The notes under the pieces are model-generated. The model was not told where the DNA came from. It did no database searches and saw nothing but the letters and a program-made list of their open reading frames with translations. A DNA stretch of 64,000 nt. Source: Chrysomallon squamiferum (Eukaryota > Animalia > Mollusca). Location of the stretch: positions 11,098,001 to 11,162,000 of the forward strand of contig CM022677.1 in NCBI GenBank assembly GCA_012295275.1, written 5' to 3'. The position numbers and the translations under genes were made by a program. Below, piece by piece: positions 54,799 through 64,000 of this stretch (positions are counted from its first letter, which is position 1; each line of letters starts with the position of its first letter).

Positions 54799-54959
54799 AA
54801 GAAATGTATGTGAAAAGGCGTCAGTTAAAAAAAGATTTTAATTTCACTAATTTTTCCAGATTATTTTTACATGATTATACTGTTTGAGAAACAGGAAGTC
54901 AGAGGTTAACCAAAGCTAATATTAATTACCTTAAAAAGAAATAATGAAAATTACTCACC

Positions 54960-55040
54960 TTGTACAGTTCTGCTAACAAAGGAAACAGCTGTTGTGGCTG
55001 TTACTGGAGCAATATAGACCGTAACACAGTCGTGTGTTAC
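54960..55040 (-). other. candidate non-coding first exon of the helicase gene
   Basis: Consensus donor AAG|GTGAGTAA on the minus strand at about 54959. Plausible acceptor ctttttcag| at about 53336, upstream of the ATG at 53075. Confidence 0.4.
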
Positions 55041-55182
55041 ATGTCCAGATCATGTGATATAACTTATCTTTCAAAGTAAAGTACGTTTATAAATAGATTG
55101 ACACGATAAGGATTACAATGTATATTCTTTAAAGTTAGTTTTTTTTGTATTTATAGCTCAGAAAAAGAAAAAAAACACATTG

Positions 55183-55219
<37 letters not shown>

Positions 55220-55340
55220 CAATAAATCACCAAACTGCTGTTAAGAACTTTTTTTTTTTTTTAATATATAGCGAGAACGAAACCAATAAGCGTGAATCTG
55301 CTACTGTCGACATTGGTGAGTTTAAGATTGCAGGGTAAAA

Positions 55341-55460
55341 GAAATAACTGGTTACTAGCAGTCGTATGACGTCAGCGTTATCTTATTCGGCCTCGCCTTA
55401 AACTGACATTCTTACTTCACACGATAAAGCTGGAAGGTTAACACAGTAACCAGTTATTTC
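55341..55460. mobile_element. 120-bp MITE-like element with a perfect 16-bp inverted repeat
   Basis: GAAATAACTGGTTACT (55341-55356) and AGTAACCAGTTATTTC (55445-55460). Internal TTCGGCCTCGCCT. Confidence 0.65.
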
Positions 55461-56214
55461 ATATATATGTAGTGTACTTGTTACTGTTTCAGAGTAGTAT
55501 AAGTAGTAATAGTAACAGCAATGTTGTACTGTTATTATTAGGCTACTTTGTCACTATTAATATTACTTTTAATAATACTTAACACGACTTCTGCTACTAA
55601 CTGATACTACTACTAGTACCATCACTGCATCTGCTTAAGACTACTATTACTAGTACTAATAGTAATACTGCCACTAATTACCGCGAAGAAGGAAAACAAA
55701 CGTTTTTGCAAAGACTTACACTTACAAACTGAAAAGGTATTTGAAATGTACAGGACATTACAAATCAATATTTCTCTTCAGTCATCAAAATACGTAGAAT
55801 GCGATTCCTTGGACTGATCAATGTAAAGGTTTTGCAAGGAATTGCTGTTGTAACGTAGTCAAATGTTTTGTATACGCGCATTTACGGTTTCCGGTATTTT
55901 TATAGATGCCCTGAAATGTAACTAGATAAAATACATTAACACATGAAACTGGAGTAACATAACTACATTTATAAATATGTAATACATCTACACGGTCGTA
56001 GATAAAATATACATGAACACGTGCCTCTTGCGCTGACATATTTTATTATGTAAAGCCAGCTGGGTCAACTGGTGATGTGGTCTAGGTTCATCATGTTGTT
56101 ATTGCAGCTGTTACCGAGTATTCGACATGATTGTTACTTTTACAGCGTTTGTTCCATAATAAATAAGAAAATAGCAGACAGCATATCTGTAGAGTGAGCA
56201 AAGTAAAAAACAAA

Positions 56215-56245
<31 letters not shown>

Positions 56246-56574
56246 AAAATAGGAATAGATAATCTGAAATAGGAGAAGTGTTGGAACAACATGAGAAATG
56301 CTTTTCAGTTCAGACTGACATCCTAACTGGTTGTTGTTTTTTGTTGTTTTTTCACCCCCACGATATTTTCTACTGCTGAAAATAACGAAAATTCATTCTG
56401 AGCGACATTTCACATTAAATGCGAAAAATAAAATTAAGAGTGCTAAATAGGCCACAACTGCGCGTGCGGACAGGAAATGATGGCCAAATAACCGTAGAAA
56501 CGTAAAACCAGTTCACGGGAAAATACCAACAATAACAGCGTGACAGAAAGACAGACAGACAGACAGACAGTGAG

Positions 56575-56654
<80 letters not shown>

Positions 56655-56736
56655 TGTGTGTGTGTGTGTTATTTCTGTTATGGTTACTGGATTAATGGTC
56701 CCTATGACAACATCCTAGAACCTAATTTAATGTCCT

Positions 56737-56748
56737 GAAAGTGAAACT
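56737..56748 (+). promoter_or_regulatory. ISRE consensus GAAAGTGAAACT
   Basis: Exact match to GAAANNGAAACT. A CpG-richer patch at 56455-56530 holds ETS-like CAGGAAAT and kB-like GGGAAAATACC. Confidence 0.35.
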
Positions 56749-57971
56749 AGTTACTGTACTGTATTACTATACAGACTACATGATTTATAATAATAATAAT
56801 AACAATAATAATGATAAATAATTACATTAATTAATTAATAATGTTCATCTATTTGGCCTATTACCACTAGTATGTATATATAATAATAATAATAATAATA
56901 ATACAAATTTAACTTTTGCGAACGGAGACAACCGTTACAGAATATTCCATACAACTTCATTCAATGATGCGAACTCTTTGATAGGAAAAAAGCAGATTTA
57001 ATAAAGATATTGTTATATTTGGCGATATACATTCTTGTTTATACAAAATATGACGGTGTACCAGCCAGTGCGGAAATATTTTTGTCAAAAAATGTTTTGA
57101 GAGGTTACACTTTTATTAATAGATATAAAAAGGATAATATGTAAACAGTTTTTGAAATGTTTTAAATATATTTATAAATGCATTGTTCTAGAAGTGTCTT
57201 TCTGTACAATCCTGAATGCTTCTGTATCCAATTTTATAATGTTTTATAGATGAATAAATGTTTAGTAAAAAACAGCGGAGAACTAGCGAATTGGATTAAA
57301 AGATCAACCGGACAAAGCATTCTCTTATACAGATTAAATAAATTCTAATGAAATTAGAAAATGATTATTATTTTAAATAAAATAAAATTCCAAAGCTAAC
57401 GCGATTTCTACTTCTAAATATATGCATAAATACATAAAAACAATCACATATATAAATGATGATGTGTGTCTGTGTGTGCGAGTGTGTATGTGTGAGTGAG
57501 TGTGTGTGTGAGTGTGTGTTTGACTGTGTGTGTGAGTGGATATTTTTCTGTAGATAACAACTGCTGAAATCTCTGTCTATAGCCCATTTTGCATACACTA
57601 TTTCCCATTCTTTGTCTAAGGTTGATTCACACTAAACTGATTTGACATACGGATATTACGATCATGATGCATATACATATCTAAAAACATTGACGGTAGT
57701 TACAAATATTTATGGGAATTACAGGCCTAAAGCTGGGTTTGATCTTTTCTCAAGTTAGATCATCTGAAATATGTCTAGTCGACATATTTATATTTCCCGC
57801 CGATCTTTCTACGTCACTGCAAATATTTAGTTAAAAATTATTTCGTCATTTTTAAATATAAATTTTGGAAGAAAACGATAGCTTATTTCAATAGTTTTTA
57901 GCAAAAGAATTTCACTGTGTTACAATTTGTTGCATTTATAAAATAAATGTTAGTTTATGTATCCGTGTGTA

Positions 57972-58014
<43 letters not shown>

Positions 58015-58044
58015 TAGTGTCGTTATGCTTATTTTATTGTTGTT

Positions 58045-58076
<32 letters not shown>

Positions 58077-59707
58077 TTTTATTTTATTTTATTTTATTTT
58101 ATTTTATTCTAAAGCTACCGAATTAAAATCCCAACAGAAAAACTGCTTGATCCACATCCTGATAAAGGTGAGACAAGAATCATATTTTAATTTTGTTAAT
58201 ATATAATGTATGTCTCATGCCTAGGATGCCACCAAACAATTTCTGTTCTGATAAAAGTATTTAAAATATGTTTGTATAGGTGTGAACTGTCAGTGTTTGA
58301 CACAGGCATGGTTTATTTTAGATACGACTTTGAATGCAAAAGGACCAAATAATAAATTTTAGCTTTTAAAAAATACATTAGTGAGTTTTCATCAGAGTAT
58401 CTTAGATACTTCTGTCTTATTAGTTCATATTTGTCTTTCAGAACGAATTCATCCAAGAAAATGAAAACGAAAGGTAAATTAAAAACGACCTTAAAATAAT
58501 CTTTTAAATTGTTTTAAATCTCGTAAAAATAACAATTCAGACCTATGTTTTAAATTTTGTTGTAAAAGAAAATAATAGTAAATGATAGTAGACATAAAAG
58601 ACGTATAAAGATAATAAAATGATGACAATTCGATTTAAACTCTGAAATAATATTTACATTATGAAAAATTAAAATGTAATTTGATATTCAGTCTTGCTAC
58701 AACGACATATTGTTTTCATCTACATCCAGTGGTTATGAATTATAAAGGTTTTATTTATTTATTTATTTATTTATTTTTAAACTTTTCTACCGAGTGTTAC
58801 TACACTTGAAAAGTTTTAATATGTTCTTTTCTTCATTTGTACACGATGTATACCGCTGTCAGATTAGCTTTTTTTTTTTCTTCTTTTTTTTTTGGTCAAT
58901 TTTTGTATATTTTAATAACAATTTAAATTTCAAACGTTTATTTCACAGTGACCATTTCACATAGAAATATGCTGTATTAAATCGTTTATCATTGTTAATC
59001 TTCATGTATTTAGTCATTTCATATCCTAACAACATAAATGTGTTTGTCTTGACTTATTATTTCATTACATTGTGTCACTTTTCAGTTGATTCACTTTAAT
59101 CATTCTTTAATACAGTTTTAAACAGACACGCACACACATTAATATTAATAATCAAAAGAAATGTTACCACAGTACAATTGAAATTTCACAAATATATTAA
59201 AACATATTTACTTTCATATGTTTTTATTTAACATTTCAGCGCGCCAGGAAAAGACACCCGAAAAAAAGCAAAAAACATTTCAAGAAAGTAATATTCTACC
59301 ATTGCCTGTATATAATACAAAAATCAACTCTTCATGATTCTACATTTAACTGACCAAACCATAAATAACAAATACCGCAAATAAAAGTAGAAATCCAGCC
59401 TCCCCCCCGAAATAAAAAAGTATATGAGAGTAATCTCCCTTCAGCTATAGTTTCTTTCTTTCTTCTGTTTGTGGGGTTCTTGGTGTAAGTCATTGCACAC
59501 CACAGAAAATCGCTGATAACGAAACGTCGTATATAGCTGTATACTGAGTAATAAATGTAAATGTGTAGGTACGTTCCAGGAATATCAAATTACTATAAAC
59601 AATATACCGTATCTATTAATATGTGATAAATAACTAAAATATAAACAATAAAAATAAATACAGTGGACGCTGTCAAAATCGGACGATTCATTGAGACCAA
59701 CGTGATA

Positions 59708-60399
59708 CAGTATTCCCTCGCTATTCGCGGGGGTTACGTTCTTTACCCCCCCCCGCGAATAGCGAAAAACCGCGAATATTGGATGCAGTTTTAAAACGTC
59801 TATTATGAGATTATATACGGTACTAAATGCTTCCCAAACACTTTCTAAAGACACTCTTACTCATTAATACAGTAATAATGTAGTAATATTGCACGCAGTT
59901 ATGTATTTCACTAATGTAGTAATGATAATGTAAACACATTTTAATTTTGTACTGAAACAATATTTTAATCAGAAAGAAACGTAAGTACAGGAGGACAGTA
60001 ACACCGCATAGCATAGTTACCCATACTGTATTACTGTACCGTAAAGTCATATGTATTAGAATTGACAGAAAGTGGAACAGACAGATAAATACAGTACGCA
60101 CAGTTCAAGTAATTATAATACAATTCAGTAATAATATGCAATTAAAAATATTATTAATACACGGTCACAAAAAATATGCACTGTGCATACAGTGTATGCA
60201 TTTATAAAAAAAATACGTACTGTATTGCAATAATAATTGAAAAAATTTGATATTGTTTGTGCGGTTTACCGAGCATTTGTTTTTATGACGTTATGACGCT
60301 AGCCTGGTATACCAGCATACGATGCGATAGGGTTAAGAGCCTAACCCGCGAATATGCGGAGCCGCGAATGGGGAACCGCGAACAGGCGAGGGTATACTG
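59708..60399. mobile_element. Tc1/mariner pogo/Tigger-like non-autonomous element (MITE) with TA target-site duplication
   Basis: TA|CAGTATTCCCTCGCTATTCGCGG ... CCGCGAACAGGCGAGGGTATACTG|TA, with subterminal CCGCGAATA repeats as in MER2/Tigger. The empty site is at 15246-15247 in the paralogous copy. Confidence 0.93.
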
Positions 60400-60624
60400 T
60401 ATACCGTTTTAGACAAACTGAAGATTTCTAAAGATTAAAATAAGATAAAACAGGAATATTTTTTTTTTATTACAAATGTTAATGGTATATCAGTTATCAG
60501 AGGATGAAAAGTCTGTCATTGATGACTGCGTTTTTTTTTTTTTAATGTTTTAATTGTTTTTTTTTATTTCTCTGTCATGACCTCCAAGTTTAACATTAAT
60601 TGCAAAAGCTGCTTTTGATAACAA

Positions 60625-61104
60625 CTGATTTCAGATATTTTTAAAAGTGGCATAGAAACTGTTTTAATGTCTTAAATTTCAGCATCACTGTTAAAATCAT
60701 GATAGAGAACAATTTTCGGTGAGAAATGCAGAATCTCTTCTTTAGCAGGCTTAAGAATTAGAAGCGGTTTTTGATACTGCAATGGTAACGACATTTCAAA
60801 CGATGTCGCTGTCGTACTTTAATAACGTCTTCACCACGACAGAGAGCATCGAAAGTTGTTTTTTCTTTAACTCTGGCATTTATTTTCTTTTCTTTCCTAA
60901 GTTTTGATATACTTGAATATTTTTTCCTTCTGTTCGGAGCACTTTCTAGTTCACAAGCTAACATTAACTGTTCATTTGTCAAATTTAAAACTTGCTCTAT
61001 CTGTCCCGCTAATTCTCTACCGTGTATTTCATAGTCATGAAGTTCTAACCGAGATACGTTCTGAATTTTTTCTGTTCTTACTTTCTCAATCCAGATATGT
61101 ACAG
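60625..61104 (-). pseudogene. P4HA: second partial prolyl 4-hydroxylase alpha pseudogene copy
   Basis: VHIWIEKVRTEKIQNVSRLE..FDALCRGEDVIKVRQRHRLKCRYH, then KPAKEEILHFSPKIVLYHDFNSDAE. Closely similar to 16735-17220. Confidence 0.88.
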
Positions 61105-61109
61105 AAGAA

Positions 61110-62558
61110 AATATCACTTTTAAATTCCAGGAAAAGCGTTGGGTATATTTTAGAAATATACTTTTTCTAAGCTGGAGTCAATGAGACGGAGAAAGATGAA
61201 GGTGATTTTTAATAATTACACCATAGCCTCTGTTTTTAATTTTCTGGTAGTTAATGAAATGTGGTTCTTGCTTGTGCTATACAACGGCGAGTGTTTTGTG
61301 AAGAAACGTTTGGCTGAAACTTGTGAAGACAAGTCGGGCTGTGCAGACGTGTAGCTGACTGACGTGTTTCATTATAAAATCTGCTGTCCAGTTTTGTTCT
61401 TCCAGAAATCAGTGTCGAGACATGATAAAACTTGTATCTGAGTATTTACTAAAACACGAAACTTTGACGTACAGTGTAGTTTTCTAGTCGTAATTTGTGA
61501 CACTGGACAGAGTTTACGTTCTATGAACAAATAAGATTTCAGTTTTATATGAATAAACTGAGGTTCAACCAAACATAGCATGATCTAGTATAAAGAATAT
61601 ATGCCTGAAATATCATTTTATTTCTTTTATTACTTTTTTCTTTTTATCCTGATTTAAGTAGTCTTTCTTAATTATTATTTTATTTATCATTTTAAGTAGT
61701 ATTATTGTAGTCGTGCTTATAATAAAAATAATAAAAAAATAAATATGATTTTAATTTTAATACCGACTTAAATTTAAATAGTGGAGGTTGGATATTTATA
61801 TCATATTAGGCGTATTATGTAGCTGAGAAGGCGGCAGTTTAATCTGATATTTTAAAAGCTTCAGGTAAAATTTTACTGATAACTGGAGGAGAAACATTAT
61901 TATTTACTTGATTGTTATGATTTAATAGGATTAAATAAATGATATATTTCTTCTAGCTAACTGAAAATCTCCTCATATCTCATAAAACAAGTTCAGGAGG
62001 ACAGGCATGTTTTCTATGATGTAACTTACAAAGTGTAATATTAACTATGTAAGATTTCTCCTAGTAGAATAAAATGTAACTGTAAGTGAGGCAAACATAA
62101 TAAAACATCAGGTTATTTTCACTCAGTATCAATTTATAATGTAAACGTCGCTGGTTTTATGTATTAATGTGAATTAATGTAATCTGTTCTTCTGTTAATG
62201 AAATACCACATTTATATCGATCTGACCTTTTATTTTATAGTGGCATTCAGCGCTGGACTTCTAAATTTAGAAATAAATAACTGAATGACTAGATATACAG
62301 GGGAAGCAATCTTTTGCAAACTATTATTCTGTTAAACTGAGATACAATTTCTTCGCAACAAAAAAATTAAAAATTAAAATTAATACTGAACAGGTGAGAA
62401 GTTACACTTTACTTGAATCACACAATTTGAGATTGCAAAGCAGACGACATTAAAATTAAAATTCACAGAGATAAGCGAAGTTTTCTGTTTTGTAAAACGC
62501 GACGTAATTCACGTTTTATATATAAATTGTGCAGTCAGTATTAAAATTAAAATTATAT

Positions 62559-62589
<31 letters not shown>

Positions 62590-63095
62590 TTTCAATTAAA
62601 CATAATCAATGTAAACAGTAGTATTCGTACTATTAAAACTAATTTATAAAACTGAAATCTTGTTAATTTATAGAACGTAAATTCCATCCAGCAATTTGTC
62701 CGTAGAAAACTACACTGTACGTCAAAGTTTCATGTTTCAGTAAATACTCAAATACGATTTGTATCATGACTCGACTTTTGGGAGAACAAAACTGGACAGC
62801 AGAATTTTTACTGAAGCACGTGTTATCCAGACAGTCAGCTACACGTCTGCACAGCCCGACTTGTCTTCAAAAGTTTCACCCAAACGTTTCTTCACAAAAC
62901 ACTCGCCGTTGTATAGGTCGAACAACTACCATATTTCTTAAAACATTTCGTTAAATATTAATCACCAGAAAAATGTAATTAAAAACACAGTCTGTGGTGT
63001 AATTATTGAAAATCACCTTCATCGTTCTTCTGCTTAGAAAAAGTGTATTTCCTAAAATACATATAACGCTTTGTCTGGAAGTAAAATAATAATCT
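61110..63095. repeat. long inverted duplication (arms about 61110-61550 and 62645-63095, patchy extension to 61780 / 62520); third partial copy about 63685-63812
   Basis: ACAACGGCGAGTGTTTTGTGAAGAAACGTTTGG..GACAAGTCGGGCTGTGCAGACGTGTAGCTGACTG (61281-61361) is the reverse complement of about 62832-62912. AAATCACCTTCATC..GCTTAGAAAAAGT occurs at about 63010, about 63688 and inverted at about 61160-61210. Confidence 0.92.
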
Positions 63096-63491
63096 TTTCT
63101 TCTATTACTACTACTGTCAGGAAGATATTTAGTTGTATCTGTAATCATAATGTGATTTTGTTTCTTGTATAATCTCTAATACAGTCGATACAAAATGACG
63201 TTAATCCACAAGCGCACAATAATTCTGATTATCCACTGATCTTCTATAAAACAAAATATTTATCTTGCGCATTCTACATTAGTAAATGTAAGTAATGTGT
63301 GAAGTTATAAAATGTCATATTATTAATCTATCCTCTTCTCACCTTTTCAAGTACAATCCTACATTGGCGACTAAAAAAAAAAAAAAAAAAAAAATCCAGA
63401 AGCCCATTTAATATATTCAATATACACCTCTCACCTACATACTAAATTATAAATAATGATTTTTATTATACGATGTAAATGTTTATTTATT

Positions 63492-63541
<50 letters not shown>

Positions 63542-64000
63542 CATAAATAATTGTCTCGCTCATAAAAGAGGATTGAAAAGTGGATATCTCCAGTGTACTT
63601 GTCTGTGTGAAGCTATAGCTACGTCATAAAATATACTGACATCCAGACTGGAGCGATTGTGTTAACTTTTCAAGTGTTAATTAATGAAAATCACCTTCAT
63701 CTTTCTCCATCTCACTGACTCCAGCTTAGAAAAAGTATATTTGTAAAATATACCCAACGCTTTGCCAGGAATTTAAAAATAATACTTTCTTCTATTACTA
63801 CTTCTGTCAGGAGGAGAAAAACAACAATACGAAAACACCCCACGAAAAAACAGTATTCTAGCCTAAACATTACAGGTGTTATTTTACTGTGAAAACTGTG
63901 TGTACATTCAGAGATATAGATTGGGGTTTCGGGTTAGCGTGTTTTTATAAACAACAGTAGAATTATATGTGAAATCCAAAATGTCGAGAACGCTTCCATA

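Larger units (their letters stand above)
59272..61104. repeat. segmental duplication, copy B
   Basis: Homologous to 14765-17220. It lacks about 15325-16732 of copy A and carries two insertions (59708-60399 and about 60415-60577). Confidence 0.9.

Overview
This is AT-rich, intron-containing animal DNA, not prokaryotic. It is full of (AC)n, (AG)n, (AAT)n and (ATAC)n microsatellites and has a 200-N assembly gap at 29532-29731. Gene and repeat content suggests a mollusc or other lophotrochozoan (inference). Most ORFs in the supplied track are microsatellite noise. By manual translation and splice-phase checks I find: (1) a decayed, spliced DUF7869/Sola-type transposase missing its catalytic core (about 2.7-4.7 kb, +); (2) 21-, 70- and 40-bp minisatellites; (3) an intronless prolyl-4-hydroxylase-alpha pseudogene (16.6-17.6 kb, -) with a partial second copy at 60.6-61.1 kb, inside a segmental duplication whose other copy preserves the empty site of a Tigger-like MITE; (4) a LINE fragment; (5) a TNF-receptor-like locus with duplicated micro-exons and extra decayed cysteine-rich exons (33-36.5 kb, -); (6) a multi-exon NIK/Tpl2-like kinase gene (39.7-49.65 kb, +), head-to-head with the TNFR locus, whose domain lacks the activation segment and whose flanks grew by exon duplication; (7) a truncated DEAH11/12-like helicase pseudogene (51.4-53.1 kb, -) with ISRE-like motifs upstream; (8) a long inverted duplication at 61.1-63.1 kb. 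The best candidate for something new is the activation-loop-less kinase in an apparent TNFR/NF-kB/interferon-type immune neighbourhood. All family assignments come from motif recognition; no database searches were run.
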